Origin: an uncultured Chromatiaceae bacterium
GTDB lineage: Bacteria > Pseudomonadota > Gammaproteobacteria > Steroidobacterales > GCA-2729495
NCBI GenBank assembly: GCA_964587605.1
Contig: CAZPNN010000436.1
Span: 1-38,041, forward strand
Reading direction: 5' to 3'
Length of the DNA: 38,041 nucleotides
In this document: piece after piece, positions 1 to 9,523 of the stretch
Position numbering within the stretch: position 1 is the stretch's first letter
Layout of the letters: every line of letters begins with the position of its first letter
Notes under the pieces: model-generated
What the model was told of the DNA's origin: nothing
What the model saw: only the letters and a program-made list of their open reading frames with translations
Database searches by the model: none
Program-made: the position numbers and the translations under genes

Positions 1-124
1 TGCGGCCATCCCTGGCCTTCGCTCACTTGACTCGGGCTGGCGCCGGGCTTCCTGCCCGGCTGGCCCTCGACACCCGCGGCAGGCTCTCCCCCCACCCCGC
101 ACCGGGCTGCCACCGGCACCAGCA

Positions 125-144
125 GGCCAGCTGGTTTATAGTCG
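125..144 (+). repeat. 20-nt motif GGCCAGCTGGTTTATAGTCG, copy 1 of 2 (second copy at 36245-36264); contains a TATAGT -10-like hexamer
   Basis: Matches 36245-36264 at 18 of 20 positions in the same orientation. It lies about 25 nt upstream of the fadE ATG. Confidence 0.5.
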
Positions 145-162
145 AGGGCCACCCCACGAGAC

Positions 163-2658
163 TTGGCCATGGCTGATTTCCTGATCTGGCTGACCTGGAG
201 CGTCGCGCTGGCTGCGGTGCCCATCACCCTCGCTTACCGGCGCAGCGACCTCCCCACCGCCACGCTGATCCTCGGGTTCGCACTCGTCGTGTACTCGCTC
301 TTTGGCGTGGGCTGGCTCGCCTGGAAGCTGGTCCTCTGGACACTGTTCGCCGGTCTGGTGGCTCTCAACTCACTGAATTTCCGCCGCGAGCGAATCACCC
401 TGCCGTTGCTGCGCTTCTACCGCACCGTGGTACCGACGCTGTCGGATACCGAGCGCGAGGCACTCGAAGCGGGCACCGTGGGCTGGGACGGCGAGTTGTT
501 CTCCGGCGCCCCGGACTGGGCACGGCTGATGGCTCTGCCGGCCCCGCGGCTCACCGCCGAAGAACAGGCCTTCCTCGATGGCCCGACTGAAGAGCTCTGC
601 CGGATATCCGACGACTGGCAGATCACCCACGAACTCGCCGACCTGCCGCCCAATGTCTGGGCGTTCATCAAGCAGCACCGCTTCTTTGCGATGATTATCC
701 CGAAGCGTTACGGCGGCCTCGAGTTCTCCCCGATCGCCGTGGCCGCCGTTCTGGCCAAGCTCTCCAGCCGCAGCGCGGTGGTGGCCTCCACCGTCGGTGT
801 GCCGAATTCGCTCGGGCCCGCTGAACTGCTGCTCCATTACGGCACGGAGGAACAGCGGGAGCGGTATCTGCCGCGACTCGCCACCGCCGAGGAAATCCCG
901 TGCTTCGCGCTAACCGGCCCTCGCGTGGGCTCGGATGCGGCCTCGATTCCCGACAGCGGTGTGGTTTGCAAGGGCATGTGGCAGGGCCACGAGATCGTCG
1001 GTATCCGGCTCAACTGGGACAAGCGCTACATCACGCTGGCGCCCGTCGCGACGGTGCTCGGGCTGGCCTTCAAGTTGTACGACCCCGACCACCTGATCGG
1101 CACGGAAACGGAACGCGGCATCACCGCGGCGCTGATCCCCGTGCGCACCCCGGGAGTGGAAATCGGCCGCCGGCACTTCCCGCTGAACATCCCGTTCCAG
1201 AATGGTCCCACGCGCGGCCGCGATGTTTTCGTGCCGCTGGACGCCATCATTGGCGGACCGGAACGCGCCGGGCAGGGCTGGAAAATGCTGGTCGAGCAGT
1301 TGTCTGCCGGCCGCGGCATCACGCTCCCGTCGAGCGCTATGGGCGGCAGCAAGGCTGTGGTCTATGCCTCGGGCGCCTATACCCGGCTGCGGAAGCAGTT
1401 CAACGTGCCAGTCTGTGAATTCGAGGGCGTGGGCGAAGCACTGGCGCGGATTGCCGGCTACACCTACATCGTCAATGCCGGCATGACAGTGACCTCCACG
1501 ATGATCGCCCGTGGCGAGAAACCCGCGGTGCCGTCGGCGGTCCTCAAGTACCACTGCACGGAGCTGGCGCGCAAGATCGTCGACGACGCGATGGACGTGC
1601 ACGGCGGCAAGGGGATCATGCTTGGACCGTCCAATTACCTGGCGCGCGGCTACCAGGGTGTACCGATCGCGATCACGGTCGAGGGCGCCAACATCCTGAC
1701 GCGCAGCCTCATCATTTTTGGCCAGGGCGCCATCCGCTGCCACCCCTTCGTACTGAAGGAGATGGAAGCGGCGAAGGACCCGGACTTCGCGCGCGGCCTG
1801 CGCGACTTCGACCGCTACCTGTTCGCCCATATAGGCTATGCCATCAGCAACGCTGCGCGCTCGTTCGTGCTGGCGCTGACCAATGCTGAAGTCAGCGGCA
1901 CCCCGGTGGAAGGCCCGACTGCCAGGTACTTCCAGCACGTCAACCGTTACAGCGCCGCCTTTGCGCTGGCAGCCGACGTGGCCATGCTCGTGCTCGGCGG
2001 CCAGCTGAAGCGCAAGGAAACCCTGTCGGCACGCCTCGGCGACGTCTTCAGCAGCATCTATCTGGCCAGCATGGTGCTGAAGCACTTCGACAACCAGGGC
2101 CGGCAGGACGGCGACCTGCCGCTGGTGGAATGGGCGTGCCGGACGCTGCTGTACCAGGCGCAGGAACAGCTGCACGGCTTTCTGCGGAATTTCCCCAACC
2201 GGCTCGTTGCCGCGATGCTGCGGGTCTGTATTTTCCCGCGGGGACGGATGTACTCGGCCCCGCCGGATGACCTGGGCCGCGAGATCGTGGCGCTCATCAC
2301 CCGACCGACCGAAACCCGCGCGCGACTGTGCGACGGAATCTATGCCGCCCGGCAACCGGATTCGCCACTGGGCCAGCTGCAGACGACCCTGGAAATGGCG
2401 GAGCGACTGGCCCCGCTCGAAGCAAAGATTCGCGACGCGATCCGTGCCGAACTCTTGAAGCCCGGCGACGTCCACGAAGTCACCGCGCAGGCGCGGGAAC
2501 GGGGCCTGATCACGGCCGACGAGGCACGCCAGCTGCAGGAGTTCGACACTGCCGTGATGGCCATCATCAGCGTGGACGACTTCGATACATCAGAGCTACG
2601 GCGCGTGGCACCGTCCGCGACCCTGCCCTTTCATGACACTGCGGGAGCCGTCGGTTAG
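163..2658 (+). CDS. fadE: Long-form acyl-CoA dehydrogenase (FadE type)
   Basis: 831-aa ORF with N-terminal TM segments, then near-colinear similarity to E. coli FadE (PRLTAEEQAFLDGP, FFAMIIPK.YGGLEFS, GVPNSLGPAELL, IPCFALT, RYITLAPVATVLGLAFKL, GRRHFPLN.PFQNGPT, EGANILTRS.IIFGQGAIRCHP). The ORF opens with TTG at 163; ATG at 169 is an equally plausible start. Confidence 0.9.
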   Translation: MAMADFLIWLTWSVALAAVPITLAYRRSDLPTATLILGFALVVYSLFGVGWLAWKLVLWTLFAGLVALNSLNFRRERITLPLLRFYRTVVPTLSDTEREALEAGTVGWDGELFSGAPDWARLMALPAPRLTAEEQAFLDGPTEELCRISDDWQITHELADLPPNVWAFIKQHRFFAMIIPKRYGGLEFSPIAVAAVLAKLSSRSAVVASTVGVPNSLGPAELLLHYGTEEQRERYLPRLATAEEIPCFALTGPRVGSDAASIPDSGVVCKGMWQGHEIVGIRLNWDKRYITLAPVATVLGLAFKLYDPDHLIGTETERGITAALIPVRTPGVEIGRRHFPLNIPFQNGPTRGRDVFVPLDAIIGGPERAGQGWKMLVEQLSAGRGITLPSSAMGGSKAVVYASGAYTRLRKQFNVPVCEFEGVGEALARIAGYTYIVNAGMTVTSTMIARGEKPAVPSAVLKYHCTELARKIVDDAMDVHGGKGIMLGPSNYLARGYQGVPIAITVEGANILTRSLIIFGQGAIRCHPFVLKEMEAAKDPDFARGLRDFDRYLFAHIGYAISNAARSFVLALTNAEVSGTPVEGPTARYFQHVNRYSAAFALAADVAMLVLGGQLKRKETLSARLGDVFSSIYLASMVLKHFDNQGRQDGDLPLVEWACRTLLYQAQEQLHGFLRNFPNRLVAAMLRVCIFPRGRMYSAPPDDLGREIVALITRPTETRARLCDGIYAARQPDSPLGQLQTTLEMAERLAPLEAKIRDAIRAELLKPGDVHEVTAQARERGLITADEARQLQEFDTAVMAIISVDDFDTSELRRVAPSATLPFHDTAGAVG

Positions 2659-2667
2659 TATTTACCC

Positions 2668-3153
2668 ATGAAAGACCACTCATCGAGACTTCTGCTTGCG
2701 GCTTCCCTGGGCCTGATCCTGTCCGGTTGTGGCAAGCCACCTCCCCCAACGACAGCGCCAGCCGGCGAACCAGCGGCAGCCGAGGCACCTGCACTACCCC
2801 GCAACGAAGCACCGGAGGGCGCATCGGTAACGATCCTCAGCCCCAAGGACGGTGACGTGGTGAGTTCCCCCGTGACGGTGCAATTTGACCTGCAGGCCAT
2901 GACCCTGGCCCCGGCCGGCGATGCCACGCCGAATACCGGTCACCATCACCTGCTGGTCGACGTCCCGCCACCGGACCTGGGCCAGGTGATTCCGAAGGAC
3001 GCGCAACATCTGCATTTCGGTCAAGGCCAGGAGACAGCAGAGATCACCCTGGCGCCGGGTCAGCACACGTTGCAGCTCCTGCTCGGCGACGGTAATCACG
3101 TGCCGCACAATCCGCCGGTGCTTTCGCCCCCAATTACCATCACCGTGCAATGA
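2668..3153 (+). CDS. Lipoprotein, DUF4399-like
   Basis: 161-aa ORF starting 9 nt after the fadE stop. It has a signal peptide with lipobox LSGC, a Pro/Ala linker, then a domain with a TGHHHLLVD motif that I associate with DUF4399. Confidence 0.6.
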   Translation: MKDHSSRLLLAASLGLILSGCGKPPPPTTAPAGEPAAAEAPALPRNEAPEGASVTILSPKDGDVVSSPVTVQFDLQAMTLAPAGDATPNTGHHHLLVDVPPPDLGQVIPKDAQHLHFGQGQETAEITLAPGQHTLQLLLGDGNHVPHNPPVLSPPITITVQ

Positions 3154-3206
3154 ATCCTCTAATGGTGGGCTGACAAATCCCACCGTCTGCTAGCGACGGC
3201 ACGCGC

Positions 3207-4703
3207 ATGGCGCCAACGACACACAGCAATTTATCCACAGCTTCCATTGCGGGCCATTCGGGCCTCAGTGGCATGGCGTTGTACCTCCCGCCTTACCGCG
3301 TGGACCTTCAACAGTGGTGCGAGTGGACTGGCGCCGACTGGCAGAAGATCCGGCGCGTGGTCGGCTCCGGCTTCAGGCTGCTGGGGCCACAGCACAGCGT
3401 CTACACGATGGCCGCGAACGCCCTGCTGCGCCTGATTCGCCAATACGACGTAGACCCCGCGCGCATCCGCTACCTGGCCCTCGGCACCGAATCCAGCACG
3501 GACAACTCCGCCGGCGCCATCATCGTCAAGGGCATGGTGGACGAGGCCCTGCGAGGCCTCGGGTTACCGCCAATCGCGCGCAACTGTGAAGTACCCGAAT
3601 TCAAGCACGCATGCCTCGCCGGCATCTATGCGATGAAGAGTGCGGTGCGGTTCCTGAACAACGACGGCGAGCACGGCGTTGCCATCGTCGTCTGCTCGGA
3701 CAAGGCGCTGTACGAAAGAGGTAGCAGCGGTGAGCCAACCCAGGGCGCGGGCGCCGTGGCGATGCTGCTGGAGTCGGAGCCTCGTATTGCCAGCATCAAT
3801 TTGCGCCACTCGGGGACAGCATCCGAGTACCGCGGGATCGATTTCCGCAAACCGCTCACGGGCCGGCTGAATGGCCATGCCCATTGCCTGGACATTCCGG
3901 TCTACAACGGTCGCTATTCGACCAATTGCTACGTGGATGAAGTGCGTCGCGCACTCGACGAACTGTACGCCCGCCGGCAGCTGGAACCAGCCGCCTATCT
4001 GCGCAGCGTCGAGGCCATATTCATGCACCGGCCCTACGCGCGGATGCCGGAAACGGGCTTTGGCGTCGCCTATCTGTTCGCCCTGGCACAGGGCGGTGTG
4101 ACCGATCAGGACGAGCTCGCCACCTACTGCGGAGGCGCTGGCGTGGCGATGGCGGATGTTCTTTCGGAAATGAACACCATGCCGGAGCTCAATGTGCTGG
4201 CCGTCAGCGAGCGCATCCAGGACGAGATATTTCCGTTGTGCATGGCTGTACTGAAGGTATTCCGGCAGAGCGAAGCATTCCAGACCAACATTCACGGAAA
4301 GATGGAACTCGGCACGGAGTGGATGCGCGAAGTCGGCAACCTCTACACCGGCGCTCTGCCAGCCTGGCTGGCCGCCGGGCTTTCAGATGCCTGCCACCGT
4401 GGTATTGACCTGGCCGGCCGGGAACTGCTGACGATTGGCTATGGCAGCGGGAACGCCGCCGACGCAATCCCGCTACAGGTCGTTCCCGGCTGGGAAGAGG
4501 CCGCGCGCCGAATCCACCTGGAAGATGCCTTGCGACCGGCCATCGATATCACGGCGGACCAATACCTCGCCCTGCGCGACGGTGTGGAACCTGCCGGCCT
4601 GAAGGTCGCACCGGCCGGGGAATTCGTGGTTGAGAGAATCGGCTCGCACGCCGGTCATGCCTTTCAGGATGCCGGCGTGGAGTATTACCGCTTCGTCCAC
4701 TGA
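3207..4703 (+). CDS. mvaS: Hydroxymethylglutaryl-CoA synthase family protein (mevalonate pathway)
   Basis: 498-aa ORF with thiolase-fold HMGS motifs: LGTESSTDNS, catalytic-Cys context EFKHACLAG, SGEPTQGAGAVAMLL, GYGSGNA. It is about 100 aa longer than typical bacterial MvaS. Confidence 0.75.
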   Translation: MAPTTHSNLSTASIAGHSGLSGMALYLPPYRVDLQQWCEWTGADWQKIRRVVGSGFRLLGPQHSVYTMAANALLRLIRQYDVDPARIRYLALGTESSTDNSAGAIIVKGMVDEALRGLGLPPIARNCEVPEFKHACLAGIYAMKSAVRFLNNDGEHGVAIVVCSDKALYERGSSGEPTQGAGAVAMLLESEPRIASINLRHSGTASEYRGIDFRKPLTGRLNGHAHCLDIPVYNGRYSTNCYVDEVRRALDELYARRQLEPAAYLRSVEAIFMHRPYARMPETGFGVAYLFALAQGGVTDQDELATYCGGAGVAMADVLSEMNTMPELNVLAVSERIQDEIFPLCMAVLKVFRQSEAFQTNIHGKMELGTEWMREVGNLYTGALPAWLAAGLSDACHRGIDLAGRELLTIGYGSGNAADAIPLQVVPGWEEAARRIHLEDALRPAIDITADQYLALRDGVEPAGLKVAPAGEFVVERIGSHAGHAFQDAGVEYYRFVH

Positions 4704-5815
4704 GCCGGCGCTGCCAGACCTCCCGCCGGTATCGCGCCACCGCGCACACTCAGTCCCGGCGCACACAGTTCGGCGTCCAGCACCGGGTAACCGGCGGCGG
4801 CATAATCCGCCCGCAGCGCCTGCTCCACGTCGCGGGAATCCGTCAGGGCAATCCCGAAATCCCCGCCACCAGCGCCGGATGGCTTGTAGACGGCGGCGTG
4901 CCGGCGTGCGATACCGCCCAGCTGTTCGTGGACCGGGGAAAAGATCCCGATGCCGGCTGATTCGTCCAGGCGACGAAGTCCGGACTCGTAACTGGCCACC
5001 GCGCCGAGCAGGCCACCGAGATCCTCCGCCCGCCACGCGGCAACCGCCTGCCCGGCCGTCGCCCCGAGGCGTTCCATGTGGCCGGAAAAACCTTCCGCGT
5101 TACGCTCGCGGAAGGCCCGCAATCGGCCCAGCATGGCCGGCGTGGAAGCGCTCTGGCCGGACCAGACAGCCACGAGTCGGAGCCGGCGGGGCCAGGCGAC
5201 GGGTAGCGCCTGCACAACCCGGGCATCCGTCACAGGCTGGCGACTGATACTGATGGCTACGGTTCCGCCGGTTATCGATGTAGCCACGTCGATGCCACTA
5301 CCGATGCCGCCCTGGAGACGACGGTGCGCTTCACAACAAATGTCGATCAGGTCCTGTCGGGCAAGAGCAGGCCCACCGGCAAAGCGCAACAGTGCGCCGG
5401 TCAGCGCCACAACAACCGCAGCACTCGAACCAAGGCCGAGCTTCATCCGCTGACCGTCCTTGCCGGCCTGGAAGAAGTCCGCAGTCACGAGTTCGATCTC
5501 ACAGGCCGGCAGCGCGGAAGCGCGTGGCAGCAGACCGCGTGCTGTCAGTATTTCCGCGCACACCTCCAGAGGCAGGCCGAAGGCGCCCGGCGAGTTCTTT
5601 TCCCAGCGGGGGCCACTATCGGATACCCAGCGGAAGCCGAAACGCTGGCCCGTGTCGGGAATCACGAGCTGATTGCCTTGCCCGGGAATCGACCGCAGCC
5701 GGGCCCGGGCCCGCACACCAACGGCGACCGCCAGCCCGGGCGCTCCCTCGAGTACGGCGTATTCACCCGCGAGAACCAGCTTGCCGGGAGCCTCTGCTTC
5801 AATCAGGGCTGCCAC
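4685..5815 (-). CDS. Phosphomevalonate kinase (ERG8-type GHMP kinase)
   Basis: N-terminal APGKLVLAGEYAVLEG is the PMK-type motif rather than the mevalonate-kinase GEHAV type. GHMP motif II is KLGLGSSAAVVVAL. The ORF runs up to ATG 5890, but that start would overlap mvaD by 92 nt. GTG 5815 (GAGGGG about 10 nt upstream) or GTG 5833 is more plausible. The 3' end overlaps the mvaS 3' end by 19 nt. Confidence 0.65.
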   Translation of the reverse strand: MAALIEAEAPGKLVLAGEYAVLEGAPGLAVAVGVRARARLRSIPGQGNQLVIPDTGQRFGFRWVSDSGPRWEKNSPGAFGLPLEVCAEILTARGLLPRASALPACEIELVTADFFQAGKDGQRMKLGLGSSAAVVVALTGALLRFAGGPALARQDLIDICCEAHRRLQGGIGSGIDVATSITGGTVAISISRQPVTDARVVQALPVAWPRRLRLVAVWSGQSASTPAMLGRLRAFRERNAEGFSGHMERLGATAGQAVAAWRAEDLGGLLGAVASYESGLRRLDESAGIGIFSPVHEQLGGIARRHAAVYKPSGAGGGDFGIALTDSRDVEQALRADYAAAGYPVLDAELCAPGLSVRGGAIPAGGLAAPAQWTKR

Positions 5816-6770
5816 GAAGGCGAGCCCCCTCACCCAGCGAACTGCGCAGGATTTGCAGCACCCCGGGTACAGCGCGGAGCGCTGCTGCAACGACCTCCAC
5901 GGCGGCCGGCAGACACACCGCCTTCACCTGAGGCCCGGCATCCACCGTGAAAAAGACGGCCACACCGTTCCGCCGCAACTCCTGAATACGCTGCAGGCAG
6001 GCCAGTGTTCCCGGCGTCCAGTACAGCAGCGGTGGTCTGGTGGTCATCATCACGGCGTGCATCTTGAGGCAATTGTGTTCGGCGAGTTCGGCCAGCGCCG
6101 CAAAGTCTCGCGCGCGAACCGCTGACAATCCGGCGTCCAGATCAGACGCATGGGTCTGCACCCAGGCGTCGTAATAGGGCGAGGTCGCCTCGCTCTGCGC
6201 CATGCCCTCGCGGGAGCTGGTGGCCTTTGGGCCTGCAGTGGTCACCGCCACCACGATCGAAAGCGGCCAGTCCGAGGGTGCTGCAACCTGCTCGCAGACC
6301 GTCGTCTCGCCCCGGTTGGTCAGCAACACGACACCGCCGAGCAGGGACCGCGGTGCCGAACCGGACCCGAGCCTGGCAATCTCGGCGAGGCGGTGGGGTG
6401 CAAGGTGCAGGCCCAGAGCGCCCGCGCCCGCCGTGACGAGGGCTGCGAAGCCCGAGGCGGATGAGGCCAGACCGGCGCCGGTCGGAAAGTCATTGTGCGA
6501 CCTGACCTCCGCGCAACTGGAAACACCAGCCTCCCGGCGCAGCAGATCCAGGCAGGCGGTTACGCGGCCGGTGGTTTCCGGATCCTCGTGTCCGTCCAGC
6601 ACCACCCGGTCGCGGTGCAGCGCAGGGTCGAAGCGCACGCTGGTTTCGGTGGATAGCCCGCCGAGCACCAGTGACAGCGAGCCGGTGGCCGGCAGATTGC
6701 CGACACGGGCCCGTTTGCCCCAGTACTTGATGAGGGCCACGTTAGGGTGCGCCACGGCGACCGCACGCAT
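5799..6770 (-). CDS. mvaD: Diphosphomevalonate decarboxylase
   Basis: Motifs VAHPNVALIKYWGKR and GLASSASGFAAL. The ORF extends to 6815, but ATG 6770 is preceded by GAGGAG at correct spacing. Confidence 0.8.
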   Translation of the reverse strand: MRAVAVAHPNVALIKYWGKRARVGNLPATGSLSLVLGGLSTETSVRFDPALHRDRVVLDGHEDPETTGRVTACLDLLRREAGVSSCAEVRSHNDFPTGAGLASSASGFAALVTAGAGALGLHLAPHRLAEIARLGSGSAPRSLLGGVVLLTNRGETTVCEQVAAPSDWPLSIVVAVTTAGPKATSSREGMAQSEATSPYYDAWVQTHASDLDAGLSAVRARDFAALAELAEHNCLKMHAVMMTTRPPLLYWTPGTLACLQRIQELRRNGVAVFFTVDAGPQVKAVCLPAAVEVVAAALRAVPGVLQILRSSLGEGARLRGSPD

Positions 6771-6857
6771 CGGGACTCCTCGCAAAGCCAACTTCTGCCC
6801 GGCCTCGTGCCGCAACGCTCGAGCGGTGGCCCTGGCCGCAATTATAGCCCCAGGCTT

Positions 6858-6877
6858 GGCTAGCTCCGGCGCTAGCC
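6858..6877. promoter_or_regulatory. Perfect inverted repeat GGCTAGC-N6-GCTAGCC in the mvaD/ispA divergent intergenic region
   Basis: Seen directly in sequence. It sits between a TTGGCT (6856-6861) and TATCCT (6880-6885) promoter-like pair for ispA. A perfect minus-strand TATAAT lies at 6841-6846. Confidence 0.3.
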
Positions 6878-6905
6878 TCTATCCTGTGTCGACGTTTTTA
6901 ACGCG

Positions 6906-7814
6906 ATGATCATTCCGTCCATGTCCTTCCGCACCCGCGCTGACGCCTACGTGGCCCGCATCGAAGGCGTACTTGATCGCTATTTGCCCGCGGTCGACGT
7001 CGCGCCGCAACGGCTGCACGAGGCCATGCGCTATTCCACCCTCGGCGGTGGCAAGCGTATCCGCCCCATCCTGGTCTACGCGGCTGGCGAGGCATTGCAG
7101 ATATCAGTCGACATTCTGGACGCGCCGGCAGCCGCGATCGAATTGATGCATGCCTTTTCGCTGATCCACGACGATCTGCCCGCCATGGACGACGACGACC
7201 TCCGGCGCGGCCGGCCGACGACCCACCGCGCCTACGATGAGGCCACAGCCATCCTCGCCGCCGACGCCATGCAGCCCCTCGCCTTCGAAATTCTCGCCAC
7301 ACACCCGGCGCTCCGCGGGCACCCTGCCGCCCAGGTCAAACTGGTCGCGTTGATCGCTGATGCCTGTGGATCCAATGGCATGACCGGCGGACAGTCGATG
7401 GATCTGGCTGCCGAAGGGCGGCGCATCGACCCTGCCCAACTGGAGCACATCTACAGGCTCAAGACCGGCCGCCTGCTGCGCGCCAGTGTGCTGGCGGCAA
7501 CCTGTTGCCGGAGCGACCTGCCCAACCCGACCCTGCACGCGCTGGAGCGTTTCGTTGATGCCCTGGGGTTGGCCTTTCAGGTGCAGGACGACATTCTCGA
7601 CATCGAGGGCAGCACCGCTGAGACCGGCAAGACCGGTGGTTCGGACCAGGCCAAGGACAAGGCCACCTACCCGCACCTGTTCGGCATGTCCCGGGCCCGG
7701 GAGCGGGCTGATGAGCTGCTGCAGCAGGCAGTGGGGGCACTGGCGGATTTCGGCGCGGAATATGATGGCCTGCGTTGGGCGGCGCGTTATATCGTGCTGC
7801 GGCGGCGGGACTGA
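6906..7814 (+). CDS. ispA: Farnesyl diphosphate synthase (polyprenyl synthetase)
   Basis: First Asp-rich motif LIHDDLPAMDDDDLRRGRPT and second motif FQVQDDILD. Length is 302 aa. Confidence 0.9.
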   Translation: MIIPSMSFRTRADAYVARIEGVLDRYLPAVDVAPQRLHEAMRYSTLGGGKRIRPILVYAAGEALQISVDILDAPAAAIELMHAFSLIHDDLPAMDDDDLRRGRPTTHRAYDEATAILAADAMQPLAFEILATHPALRGHPAAQVKLVALIADACGSNGMTGGQSMDLAAEGRRIDPAQLEHIYRLKTGRLLRASVLAATCCRSDLPNPTLHALERFVDALGLAFQVQDDILDIEGSTAETGKTGGSDQAKDKATYPHLFGMSRARERADELLQQAVGALADFGAEYDGLRWAARYIVLRRRD

Positions 7815-7836
7815 CAGCCTGCTAGTCTGAGTCCTG

Positions 7837-9507
7837 ATGTACACCAGTTTCTTTGGCCTCAACGAGAAGCCATTCTCGATCACCCCCGATCCCCGCTATC
7901 TCTACATGAGCGAGCGGCACGCGGAAGCGCTCGCTCACCTGATCTACGGGGTCAAGGAAAGCGGGGGCTTCATCCAGCTCACAGGGGAAGTGGGCACCGG
8001 CAAAACGACGCTCGTGCGCAGCCTGCTTCAGCAGCTGCCCGACTTTGCCGATGTTGCGGTCGTGCTGAACTCGCAGCTTTCCCGCGTCGAGTTCCTCACG
8101 TCTATCTGCGAAGAACTGCATATCGGGGTCCCGGAACAGCGCAACAGCATCAAGGCGTTGACGGATACCCTCAACGTCTTCCTTCTCAGGAATCACGGCC
8201 TCGGCCGCCGCACCATCCTCATCGTCGACGAAGCCCAGAATCTGCGTGTGGATGTGCTGGAACAGGTCCGCCTGCTCACCAACCTCGAAACGGCGAAGCA
8301 GAAGCTGTTGCAAATCATCCTGATTGGCCAGCCGGAACTCCGCGAGGTGCTCGAGCGCAATGACATGCGGCAGCTCGCCCAGCGCATCACGGGCCGCTAT
8401 CACCTGGAGCCCTTGTCACGGGACGAATCCTCGGCCTACATCGATCACCGGCTCAAGGTCGCTGGGGCCATCGGCCAGATCTTTACAGTCCCGGCCAAGC
8501 GGGAACTGTTCCGACTCTCCGGCGGCATACCCCGCATGATCAACGTCATTGCCGACCGGGCACTGCTCGGCGCCTTCACCCTGGAACAACACCAGCTGAC
8601 GCCTGAACTGGTACGCGAGGCCGCAGCCGAGGTCTTCGACCGCCCCGCAGGCCGTTTTGCCTGGTGGCGACGGTCCTGGTTGACACGCCGGGCAGGTCTC
8701 GTCGGCCTGACCGCAGCCGGACTTGCGATCGTGCTGGCCTCCGCCTTTGCCGGAGTCCAGTGGCTGCGCGCCAACCGTGACGAGCAACCACAGTCGGCGG
8801 CCGTCGTCGCGGCCACAACGCCAGAACCCGAATTACCTGTACCTGTAGCCCCTCTCGCCGCCGCGGAGGATCAGGAACCGGCTGTCCCGCTGGCTACCTT
8901 GCTGAAAGCCAATGCCAGCAAGACCGGCACGGATACTGCCTTCACCACCCTGTTCCGGCTCTGGAACGTGGACCTGAAGGACGACACCAAGCGGCCGTGC
9001 GTCCAGGCTGAGGAACAGGGCCTGCATTGCCTCTACCAGCGAGGCACACTGGACCAGGTGCGCACGCTCGGCCGGCCCGTGATCATGACGCTCCGGGATC
9101 GCAACAGCGACCCGCATCAGGTGGTGCTGGCAGGACTGGGACCGCAGACGGCAGAGATCGATATCGATGGCACGGAGTTCCTGGTGGCCAACAGCGAGCT
9201 TGAGGAGTTGTGGTTCGGTGAGTACCTGCTGCTGTGGCGGCCCGGCACAAGCGCCGTCAAGTCATTTCTGCCCGGCATGCGCGATCCGGATATCCGCTGG
9301 CTGCGAAAGAGCCTCGCTTGGATCCAGGGCAACCCGGTAGACCCGATGGACTCGGACCTCTACGACGACAACCTCACCGCCAGGGTCCGGGACTACCAGC
9401 GCACCCGGCTCCTGCCAGTCGACGGAATAGCGGGCCCCGCCACGCAGGCGGCGATCAACTCGGATCTGGGCGGCGGCGACATGCCGCGCCTGGCGCTGGC
9501 GAACTGA
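7837..9507 (+). CDS. exeA: ExeA/GspA-family AAA ATPase with C-terminal peptidoglycan-binding domain
   Basis: N-terminal FGLNEKPFSITPDPRYLY, Walker A GEVGTGKTT, Walker B ILIVDEAQ, a central TM segment, and a C-terminal PG-binding-like YQRTRLLPVDGIAGPATQAAI. Confidence 0.85.
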   Translation: MYTSFFGLNEKPFSITPDPRYLYMSERHAEALAHLIYGVKESGGFIQLTGEVGTGKTTLVRSLLQQLPDFADVAVVLNSQLSRVEFLTSICEELHIGVPEQRNSIKALTDTLNVFLLRNHGLGRRTILIVDEAQNLRVDVLEQVRLLTNLETAKQKLLQIILIGQPELREVLERNDMRQLAQRITGRYHLEPLSRDESSAYIDHRLKVAGAIGQIFTVPAKRELFRLSGGIPRMINVIADRALLGAFTLEQHQLTPELVREAAAEVFDRPAGRFAWWRRSWLTRRAGLVGLTAAGLAIVLASAFAGVQWLRANRDEQPQSAAVVAATTPEPELPVPVAPLAAAEDQEPAVPLATLLKANASKTGTDTAFTTLFRLWNVDLKDDTKRPCVQAEEQGLHCLYQRGTLDQVRTLGRPVIMTLRDRNSDPHQVVLAGLGPQTAEIDIDGTEFLVANSELEELWFGEYLLLWRPGTSAVKSFLPGMRDPDIRWLRKSLAWIQGNPVDPMDSDLYDDNLTARVRDYQRTRLLPVDGIAGPATQAAINSDLGGGDMPRLALAN

Positions 9508-9523
9508 CCGGCAAGCGCGCGCG

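Noticed and set aside
3164-3184. Hairpin GGTGGG-N9-CCCACC after the DUF4399 gene as an intrinsic terminator
   Set aside because: The stem is only 6 bp with a 9-nt loop and no following T-tract. That is too weak to call.
3207-6770. HMGS-like plus GHMP kinase plus decarboxylase as a polyketide beta-branching or other non-mevalonate cassette
   Set aside because: There are no ACP, KS or enoyl-CoA hydratase genes nearby. The kinase and decarboxylase carry mevalonate-pathway motifs (GEYAV; ALIKYWGKR), and ispA is adjacent.
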